Origin: Octopus sinensis
Lineage: Eukaryota
Direction of reading: 5' to 3'
NCBI RefSeq assembly: GCF_006345805.1
Contig: NC_043000.1
Span: forward strand, 110,236,001-110,300,000
DNA length: 64,000 bases
Below are positions 13,131 to 23,267 of this stretch, one piece after another. Made by a program: the position numbers and the translations under genes. The notes under the pieces are model-generated. The model was not told where the DNA came from. It worked only from the letters and a program-made list of their open reading frames with translations, and ran no database searches. Positions within the stretch are counted from its first letter, which is position 1, and each line of letters begins with the position of its first letter.

Positions 13131-14524
13131 ACGGATGTAATGACTAAACAAACATTCATGGTATGAGATAAAACAAAAAAGAAATAATAAATATATATAA
13201 AACAATTTTTTAAAAAGTCATATGATCGAATTTAGGAGATTACTATATAAACAAGTAGCAACAACTATTTTGCTCCATCTGGGTATTGACCCTCCCAACT
13301 AGAAGCACATGAACAAATATTGATAAAAAAAAAGTAAGTTTTTTTGTTTTGTTTTAATAACGTCTTTAAGAGATCGATAGAAAAAAAAAGAAAACACTAA
13401 GAGATCCTCGACAATGCATGATTATTTATTAATTTTATTTGATCAGAGGCAAAAAAACAAAACGTTTGTGGATGGAACAGGCGTGCCATAGTTAATTAAA
13501 TCGACTGTTGTTGTTGTTGTTAATTTCAGATAAACTGATTATAATGAAAGATATTTCATTTACGATCATCTCGTTTGTTTTTAGGTGATACTCATTATAG
13601 GGTAACTTGAGGGTGATTTAGTTGCTGTTTTTAGCATATGTAGCGGTCACGTAGTTTCTCCCTCCTTTGGCTTCTATTTCATTATTTTAGATGTATAATT
13701 TATATGTCCCCGAAGTCGTTTATAGAATCACAGTCGAAGCCGGCAGGATTTGAAACAAGAACGTTGAGGTACCAAATTAAACACACTTTGTTATTTAAAT
13801 GTTGTATATCCCCAATTTAATAATTACTTCTTCGTCAAAAGTATAAAGCCATAAGATTTTGTGCTCTGCTTATATCTTTCTCCAGAGCAAACACAAAGAG
13901 AGGTTCAAAGTTATATAATTTTCATCGCCGTTGTATATTCTATATTTTCTCACTTCCGTATTGCAATCAGCACAAGCTGGCCTTCAACCTGCGATGGCTT
14001 TCTTGATGGTTTTTCTGACTTATGCTATGTGGCCCTTTTTCACTATCCACTCCAAACCACTTTTAAATGTAATCGAGTTCTCCAAACCCCCTAAATGTCC
14101 CAGTAAGTGGCGATTAAACACTTCCGGCTTTAAATGGAAGCATAATGGTGTACAGCTTTCGGCACCAACACAAATTCATGTTCTCCAGAACAACACCATA
14201 GATTTAAGGGCAATATTCCGTATCTACGCCTTCTTCGGAATGGTTAGAAATAGCAGCCAATTCTCCCTCGGTGGCAATCTTGGGTTTTAGGTCCATATAA
14301 TTGCGGCGAACTGGCAGCATTATTTCGTTGGATATCTCCGTCGAAATCAACTTTGCAAACCTTCGGGGTCGATGATATAAAGTACCAGCCAATGCATTCG
14401 ACTTGTCCCCCCCCCCCTAATTCTTGGCCTGAAACCCAACGGACTGGCATTTGATCTTGGTCACTTATACACAATGGAAACTAAGTAACTGGCTTTAAGA
14501 GTCCAAGGGTTCGAGAAAAAAAAA

Positions 14525-14660
14525 GACGTGGTTGTGTGGTAAAAAGTTTGTTTGTCAACCACATAGTTCCGAGTTCAGTCCACAGCGTGACACCTTCGGC
14601 CACGGGCCGACCTTGTGAGTAGATTGGTCGATGGAAACTGAAAGAAGCCCGTCGTATATA
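14525..14660 (+). mobile_element. tRNA-derived SINE head ('family D'), representative copy
   Basis: GTGGTTGTGTGGTAA...CCACATAGTTCCGAGTTCAGTCC...GGAAACTGAAAGAAGCCCGTCG(TA)n. Further copies near 2160, 15425, 22320, 29770, 32975, 36255, 45835, 52150, 53255, 56000. Confidence 0.75.
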
Positions 14661-14734
14661 TATATTTATATGTCTTAGAATGAGATAATAAAGCCAAGGT
14701 TGTGAAGAGTTTTCAGGTCATTTATAATGACATA

Positions 14735-14782
14735 GTCTTACAGCTGTTTCTGGGATATCATGGATACCCCTTCATCAGAGAC
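14735..14782 (-). ncRNA. Minimal type I hammerhead ribozyme motif (Penelope-like element type)
   Basis: The - strand reads GUCU CUGAUGA A GGGGUAUC CAU GAUAUCCC A GAAAC AGCU GUA AGAC: stem I GUCU/AGAC, intact core, 8-bp stem II, palindromic stem III ACAGCUGU, GUA cleavage triplet. Confidence 0.75.
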
Positions 14783-15303
14783 GGTGTGAGAAAAATTTTG
14801 AGTTCGAAATTATTATGGAAAAAGAGGAAATAGGGAATATAGAACTTACTTAGCATTACCTGACACTCTGGGTCTTCTAGATACCAGTACCTCTCGTATG
14901 TGTGTGTATGTATATATATATATATATATATATATAACGTATGTGTATGTGTCTTTGAGTCTGTGTTTGTTCACGCATTCGAATCTGCCGGGACATCTGC
15001 AAGACATCGTTTTGAATTTCGTAGTTTACCGTGTATACAACCATTTATTTTGGGTTGGCAACTTTTGTTCGGCGAGTTGGCTGAACCATTTGCACGCCGA
15101 ACAAAATGCCTATCGCTATTTCGTCCATTTTTACGTTCTGAGTTCAAATTCCACCGAGGTCGACTTTGTCTTTTATTCTTTTGGGGTCGATAAAATAAGT
15201 ACCTGTTGAACACTGGGTTCGAAATAATCGGCTCACTCGCTCCCTCATTGTTTGTAGGAACATACACATAGTGCAGGACATTAAAAAAAAAAAAAAAACC
15301 TGT

Positions 15304-16097
15304 TTAACGAGGTTCTCACCACTGTAAATATATGTCCCTGATATAGGCATGGCTTCACTTGGCCCCCTCAACTTCCGATGGAATCTTAGGGATGCCGACT
15401 TACATTCATATTTACATTTATACGATGGGTTTCAGTACGGTTTCCAGTTACCAAATTTAACTCACTTGGCTTTGGTCGACCCGAGATATTAGAAAACACT
15501 TGCCCAAGGTGCTGAGACGTGGTTGTGAAGCGAACCTTTTAATTAGACAACTATGTGTTCTATGGCAAAAATAAGATGATTAGCAGATGTAAATGCCATT
15601 TATCCTTTAAGAATAATTGATATTTTGAAGTTCCTCATTTCGTTTATATATCGTACTCGACAAAAGCTTTCACTAGGGTTGGAGTTTTGGAAATAGCTGC
15701 CCTTCGAAGTCCTATACCTCGCAAGAAAGGGAAAATTTCAGTTTTATACGTTTTTGTTCTAATTTTCATAAGGTGGTGTGTGTAAGAAAACTAAAATTTG
15801 TGAGGGGAGAAAATGACCCCAGAAATTTCAGACTATCATAATTTCCGTTGTATAAAACTCTAGAATGCTTTTCCCTTTCTTGTGAATTCTGTTACTTTGA
15901 AGGACCATCGTTTCAAGACCCTTCCACATATAGAAAGGCATTTGTACTTGGTTAAAAGAAACATTAACGAGGTTCTCACCACTGTAAATATATGTCCCTG
16001 ATATAGACATGGCTTCACTTGGCCCCTCAACTTCCGATGGAATCTTAGGGATGGGTTTCATATAGAAAGGCATTTGTACTTGGTTAAAAGAAACATT
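15304..16097. repeat. 90-bp local duplication; second copy flanked by a 39-bp direct repeat
   Basis: 15304-15394 matches 15964-16053 (1 substitution, 1 indel). 15927-15965 is identical to 16059-16097. Confidence 0.9.
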
Positions 16098-16649
16098 TTT
16101 TTATGGCGATCGCCAAGAAGTCCAAGTCCTTAGAAGCTCTTGTATCCTAGTCGTTGTTTAGCTTCAGGTTCGCCCTGATTGAGTTGATCGATGGCTAAAA
16201 GTATTTTAGCTGTGGCGATTGGTTATTTTTGTCACCCCTGCCATAGTATATAGCCTTGAATACATGAATCATTTGCGCTTCTCAAACTAGTACATACCTG
16301 GAGGCCTGCATACGAAACATTACTGAACTTTTTTCCTTCCCCACTGCCATCTTTTTATTGCTGGGAAAACCAAATTAAAGTTTGCGCCTCTATAGTTCTT
16401 TTGTTTACCATTTGTTGGACGAGGTTAAAAAACCCTCTTAATTTTATTAATCATAGTATTTTACTGTCCCACTTTACAACCCTCACATACTATGCATCTT
16501 TGATTTGGGGATGGGGACTGCTCCCTATTTGAAACGTGGATTAAAGGAGATTTAGCTGCCATTTCTAGCAAGTCGAATGATCACGTAGAAGCTTTGTTGT
16601 CGTCTGTAGTGATCTCCCTTAGTTATAGCCTCCTCTGCTCTTAATATAA

Positions 16650-17150
16650 TACAACATTGCTGTCGGCTACCCGTACCCGATTAAACTATTATTGTTTCTT
16701 TCATTTTTGCAAAATCGCACAGAAAACAAACGTTCGATTCAGCTTTATTTTAAGTGTAAGGTTGCTTTCATTTATTCGTTATTCTTCTTGTTAGTTGTTG
16801 ATTTATCTGTATTGATTTGCTTCGATTTTTTTCTTCTTTTCTTTCTCAATTAAATAGAAAAAAAAACATACTAAAAATAATCCCCGAAAGGTAATGAAAT
16901 AGTCATTTCGGTTGGTTCAAGAGTCCGAAACGGAAACGGACCCTGAGCTGTTAAGATGTTTGATAACTTAATGTTTTTAAAAGTATTTTTCGCTTTGCGT
17001 TGTTATTCGCTTTTTCAGGAACCGTATTTAATCGTTCGAATACATTATTTGTTTAGCTTTATGTCTGACCTTATCAGCTATGGTCCGAAGTGGGCGGAGT
17101 TCCGCATTAGGTGCTCTAAAATCGTGGGAAAGGAAAAGAGTACTTTTTCC
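16650..17150. promoter_or_regulatory. Candidate CpG-rich promoter / non-coding first-exon region for cathepsin B
   Basis: Non-repeat sequence visibly richer in CpG than the neighbouring introns. GC-box TGGGCGGAGT at 17091-17100. Possible donors GTAAGG (~16756) and AAG|GTAATG (16891). The ATG exon has an acceptor at 23116-23117, so an upstream exon is implied. Confidence 0.35.
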
Positions 17151-19436
17151 TTTTTCTTTTATCTTTAGCATTCTTTTGTTTCATAAAATGGAAATTACAG
17201 TCTTGGAAAACAAAAGGAAAAAAAAAAGAAAAACCCATGAGATTTGGGACGTGTAGCCTGTCCAGATCATTTCGTCTTCTTTTACATAATGTATCAAGGT
17301 CTACATTATTCAGTGTACCCTTTCATTTTCCAAAATGATAGGGTATGGCTTGAAGGGGATTTGGTTATTAATTCTAGGCACGGTGATAGCAGAGAGCTTG
17401 TTCTCCAGACCTAATATACAAAGAACTGTAAAGAAAGCCAAACAAAAATTTGGTCGGATATTTAAAATCTTGAAATCAAGAAGCTGAATCACCGTAATGA
17501 CATTGTACCCAACCATGCTTCTACCCCATCAGAAGTACAACTCTAGTGATGTTTCAGACACGTTTGTGTTTGTCCTCACCACCACTAGTGTTGGTTTTTT
17601 TTATGTTCCTGTGACTTAGCTGTTGTGCAAAAAAAATCGATACAATAAGTACGACACTTAAAAAAATATGTACTGGGGTTGATCTGTTTCCCTAAACTCT
17701 CCGAGGCAGTACCCTAGCATGGCTGCGCCCCAATGACCATGAATATAAATTATTCAGTGTTATTGAAAGGGCTGGAAATTTACTGAATAGAACATGATAT
17801 TCTGGTCTATTGTTTGGAGAATCTTGCAAAAACTGGCACCAAATATGGCAAAGAATATTGCAATTTTCCTACAATTTCTATTGAAAAGGAAATCTTTGCA
17901 GAATCCCTCTATCAAGCACCAGTTGCTATAAAAAAAAAAGTAAGAAAAAAAACGCAAGGATCCTGAGAGAAAATCCATTCCAAATTAGTGACCCAAAACT
18001 TGCTTTTTGCCAACAGAAATCAGGAATCCTTGAAAACATTCATCTCAATACATTCCGAGTGAGACTTAACAAACAGTCCATACCGATTCCAGCACTCCAC
18101 TCCTCTCTCTTTCATCCTCCTCATCAGCCTGGCTATCTCACTGATCCCAAGGGATCAGATCTACCTCTACTTCTTCAATCCTTCTGGTCCCTATCTCTGA
18201 CCACTTGCTATTGAACATTCACCTTTCAATCCTACCATTTATCAATTCCTGTTGCTATCACTCATCACTCTCTTTACTCCTTTTACTAATCCATCATCTC
18301 AATCTATTTCTGCCATCACACCTTTGCACCCCTCTCCCATCCAACTTGGTTTATCCTTTGTCATCAGTCATTAGTCATCATCATTTAACGTCTGTTTTCC
18401 ATGCTGGCATGGGTTGGATGGTTTGACTAAGAACTGGTAAGCCAGGGAGCTGCACCAGGTTCCGATATGATTTGGCACAGTTTCTATGATTAGAAACTCT
18501 TCCTAATGACAATCACTCCGGGAATGTAGTGACTGTTTTTTACATATCACCGGTATTTATTTATTATTTACCAAATATATACGTTTTATTTATTATTTTA
18601 CACATTACTTAATCATCGTTATATTTTTTATCTTATATTTAATCTTTCTATTATATGTAATTTTCTAGATGGTGTAATTAAATTTTTCATTTTGAATTGA
18701 TAAAAGGTGTTTTTTTTTCTAATTTATATATATATATATATATCCATGTGTATGTGTCTTTGTCCCCCACCATCTCTTGACAACTGGTGCTGGTGTGTTT
18801 ACGCCCCCCATAACTTAGCAGTTTGGCAAAAGAGACTAACAGAATAAGTATTTAGTTTAGAAAAAAAGGGAAAGACAAATATTTGGGTCGATTCGCTTGA
18901 CAAAACTTCTTGAAGGTGATGCTGCAGCATGGCTATAGTCTGAAATAAAAACTAAAAGATGGTTTTAATGGAGTGATTATGTGACACCAGAAGTTCGTCA
19001 AGCAATTATGTTTGTTTATTCTGTGACATACAGCCTGAACATGTGATAATATAATTTGATTTAGGGCAATTACCCTTGGCTCATCCCTTAACCTTGTCAA
19101 ATAGGTCAGTAATAAGTCATGTGACTATATGCTCATTTCTCTGATGCAAAATTATTTCATTCTCTTTCATTTTCACGTTTCAGTAACTGTCATTATATAT
19201 CCTCATCGTTATATAACATCCGCTTTCCATGCTGGCATAGTTTGGATGGTGTGACTGAGGACTGGCAAGCCGGGAGGCTGCACCAGGCTCCAGTCTGATT
19301 TGGCAAGTTTCTACGGCTGGATGCCCTCCCTAACGCCAACCACTCTGAGGCATCATACAGTCTGCCTTTTATTCTGAGCGAGAGGCCCTTTGTTACCAGC
19401 AGAGGTGGGAGTATATAGATGATACTTATATACCAA

Positions 19437-19667
19437 GGTGGCGTGCCGGCAGAGACGTTAGCATGCCAGGCAAAATACGTAGCCATATTTTGTCTGCCGT
19501 TACGTTCTGAGTTCAAATTCCGCAGAGGTCAACTTTGCCTTTCATCCTTTCAGGGTCGATAAATTAAGTACCAGTTACGCACTGGGATCGATGTAATCGA
19601 CTTAATCCGTTTGTCTGTCCTTGTTTGTCCCCTCTATGTTTAGCCCCTTGTGGGTAATAAAGAAACA
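19437..19667 (+). mobile_element. SINE family B with 16-bp TSD
   Basis: TSD GATACTTATATACCAA at 19421-19436 and 19668-19683. Confidence 0.9.
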
Positions 19668-20190
19668 GATACTTATATACCAAAGTTTGTAATTTGTGAC
19701 TTGAAAAATATGAAACTCCACAAAATTGTCCAACCCCAGAGAGGAGGTTATGTCATTGTCTGTTTCAGTCCTGTTGATGGTGGGGGTCACCAAAATATAA
19801 CAGGAAATTGAGGACACAGATCAAAACTTTGGGCAGTTGGTTGAACAAATTATTAATCAAAGAAAGTTCTTCCAAATTTATGATTTTTATGATGCAAGGG
19901 AACTTATTCTCTTTTCCCTTTGACTTGTTTCAATCACTGAGCTGTGGCCATGCTGGGGCACCACTTTGAAAAGTTTAGTCAACCAAATTGGTACTTATTC
20001 TATTAGTCTCTTTTGCTGAACCACCAGGTTACTAGGGCATATACAAACCAACGCTGGTTGTGAAGAAGTGATGGAGAATGTATATAAACGTGCACGCGCA
20101 AGTTCAATCCCAGGCTAGGACTTGAAAAATAATATCAACAGAAAGCTAACATCAGCAACATATCTTAGGAATGAGAACAGTGTACCCCAG

Positions 20191-20236
20191 AACACCTGAT
20201 GAAGTCTGGAGAATACATCAGCTGAAATGTTGTGAT
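20191..20236 (+). ncRNA. Degenerate minimal hammerhead ribozyme motif
   Basis: AACAC CUGAUGA A GUCUG GAGAAUACAU CAGCU GAAAU GUU GUGAU: core intact, stems I and II each with a mismatch, the expected palindromic AC-GU stem III reads AU-GU. Confidence 0.5.
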
Positions 20237-20489
20237 AACAACAAAGTGAGGATACCTATCCGTCCATTGTAAATAACCATCATCATCATCATTTAATGTT
20301 CGTCTTACATGCATGCATGGGTAGGACGTTTGACAGGAGCTGGCCAGGTAGAAGACCACCCCAGGCCACTGTGTCTGTTTTGGCTTTGTGTTTACGGCTG
20401 GATGCTCTTCCTGACACCAACCATGCTGCAGAGTATGTATCTACATGCATATGTGTTTATCTATGTGTGTGTGTGTGTGTATATATATA

Positions 20490-20590
20490 TTTTGTTGTGT
20501 CTAGGGTGAATCATTATGCCAATATCATTAACACACACACTGCATGTGTTAATGATATTGACATGATGACTCTCCCTAGACACAACAAAA
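20490..20590. repeat. Isolated ~100-bp inverted repeat (46-47-bp arms, 9-nt loop)
   Basis: 20490-20535 pairs with 20545-20590 with 4 differences; loop CACACTGCA. Confidence 0.9.
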
Positions 20591-20856
20591 TTTGTTTCAA
20601 CACATGAATTCACATAAAGAATCTTGCAAGCCAGATACACAAACTAAGTATGTGTGTGTAAAGCTAAAGCTTGTACTGTTGTGAGGATTTGTGTGCTGAA
20701 GGTTATGTACAATAACCAAGCAAGACAAGCATTATCAATTAGGGTTAAGTGCTTTCTGTGTATGTGTATATGTGTGTGTGTGTATGTGTATATGTGTGTG
20801 TGTATATATATACAGAGATATACTTACACACATTTGTATACATGTGTGTAATTAAA

Positions 20857-20898
<42 letters not shown>

Positions 20899-22176
20899 TA
20901 CGCACATACACAGAAAGTATAAAATCTCCTTCTTCAGTTTTGAATATGTGTTGAATCCAGTCAAGTGTTGTTGTTTAAGAATAACTTTTTATCTCGTGAT
21001 GATGACCTGTAACCTATTTAAACTGTTCACATAATCTTTTAACGTTGTCTGAAGTTTTAAGTTTGGTTGGTGAATTGATTTATGTGTTTGTGACAGTGAC
21101 ATTCACAACAGCAGCAGTTATAGTAGTAGTAGTATTGGTGGTGGTGGTGGTGGTGGTAAGACTGCCATGTTGGATGGCATATAAAATGTACTTTTTTCTC
21201 CAAAAAAGTGTTGCAAAGCATTCATCCCAGGCCCCAACTGCAAAGTTTGATCAACCTCGAATGCTTTATTGTACTAAAACCATTTTCTCCTGGACGTCTG
21301 CTGCTGATATTGGCATGTTTCTAATATGCCCACGTGTCTTTTATATCATTAAATATGCTACATTATCTAAAATGTATTTCATATTGTATTAGGATAGATG
21401 GGTGAAATTTGAGGGAGTTGCTATTTCTAGCCGATCAGATGACCATGACAAAGCTCCTTCTTGTGTTTTGTTGTTGTTTAGTCTCTGGTAGTCCTAGTCA
21501 AGCCAATCTGTGATCAAAGGCATTTTGTAATCTAGCCTGGATTACATTAATTAAACGAGTCTTTTCCAAGACAGTAGGAGAAGATTTACAGGAGATTTGA
21601 CTGCTATTTCTAGCAGATTATGTAACCACATAGATCAATGGTATCCAACATTTCTGTGACCACCTCACCCCATGTCGTCATCAGCATCATCATCATCATT
21701 TTAAAGTCCACTTTTCCATACTTGCGTGGGCCAGACAGAATTTGTTGAGGTAGATTTTCTGTGGCCAAATGCTCTCCCTTCTTCAACCCTCACCTGTTTT
21801 TAGGTAAGCTAATATTTGTCCATGACCAAATCTATCTTGGAAGATTGAAAACAAAGGATACTGCTTACATGATGGTAACACTCGTGACTATCATGTGATG
21901 TCAAGGCAAGGAGTCAGTAATACATGCATACACACACACACACATTCATATGAGTGTGTGTGTATATTATACCATATGTTACATATATATTATATCATAC
22001 CTTGATACTCTGTAGACTAAGATCTCCGTTGACAGGTTGTTGGTATTCATAGAATGTTAAATGTTTCAGTATGCAAATTAGGGACTCCTTCATAGAGTAA
22101 CTGCTGCATTTGTTGAGTATATAATCAGTTTGGCTGATTGTTTCTCTGGAGACTTGTCAGAATGATGTAGACGCCA

Positions 22177-22204
22177 CTGATGAGAACCCAATAAGGTTCA
22201 AAAA
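22177..22204 (+). ncRNA. Decayed hammerhead core with perfect stem II
   Basis: CTGATGA GAACC CAATAA GGTTC AAAA: G12 replaced by A (CpG-type change); stems I and III not recoverable. Confidence 0.4.
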
Positions 22205-23129
22205 TTGATTAAGGTTGTTCATCATTTCTTTAGTCTGTGGAGAAATGGCTAAAATTTGCCCTGTTTATAATTATACCATATATTATGAATATATGTAATA
22301 GACATTCAACAGGCAAATGTCTTCTAATATAGCCCCTCGGGCTGACCAAATCGTTGTGAGTAGATTTGGTCGACAGAAACTGAAAGAAGCCTGTTATGTT
22401 TTTATATGTAAATAGATATCTGTATATGCATGTGTGTGTGTGTGTGGGGGGGGGGTTACTGTTTCCTTACCTTGGTTTCATGTAATATTTGTAAATGAAT
22501 GCCAGTTCCAAGCAATCAGTGCCTTTTGATTCTAATCTTCTGTGGAAACATGCCTTGTCACGAGGAAATATTACCTTGCTTTGAAACAGATGGGTGTTGG
22601 CAACATGGAGGGGCCTCTGGACGTAGAAAGTCTGCCTCAACAACTTCCATCCAATCTATGCAAGAATGGAAAAAATGATAATGATGATGATGGCCAATGG
22701 CAATGGCCAACACCAGATATTTGTCTTGTCTCATGTCTGTTGTACATCGCTTCCATTCATGCAGAGCAATAAAGGGGATATTTCATCTGCTGTTATGTTC
22801 TGAGTTCAAATTCTGCCGAGGTCGACTTTGCCTTTCATCCTTTCGGGGTCGATAAATTAAGTACCAGTTATGCACTGGAGTCGATATAATCAACTTAATC
22901 CGTTTGTCTGTCCTTATTTCTCCCCTCTGTGTTTAGCCCCCTGTAGGTAGTAAAGAAATTAATAAAGGGGATAGAGAAGAGGAAGGTTAGAGAACTGAGA
23001 TGAAAGTGGGGAGAGAAGTGGGACTCAGAAGATGGAGATGAGGTGATTGGAGGAAAGGCAAAAAAAAGGGAGAGTGTACCTTAATTGATTAATAGCTTTG
23101 TCTTGTTTTAATTTCAGACAAGTCCCAAT

Positions 23130-23267
23130 ATGGAGTTTCGAACACAAATCTTAGTTGCCATGTTGTTGGTGACCATGGTGTCTGGTTATACTGTGGTGAA
23201 CATGGAGAAGAAGACCCCTCTTTCACCGATGGTGGAGAAAATTAACAGCCTTCAGACAACATGGAAA
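23130..23267 (+). CDS. CTSB: CTSB coding exon 1 (signal peptide and propeptide start, MEFRT...QTTWK)
   Basis: Acceptor tttcag at 23117, ATG at 23130, donor GTAAGT at 23268, phase 0. Confidence 0.92.

Noticed and set aside
13931-14290. 119-aa ORF in the CpG-rich region
   Set aside because: No recognisable motif or clear exon boundaries; its end runs into a SINE-like head.
21640-21690. CUGAUGA...GAAA on the - strand; similar chance hits near 51690-51725, 55011, 18121 and 9906
   Set aside because: No credible stem II or stem I; hits come from (CAT)n tails, SINE heads or RT coding sequence.
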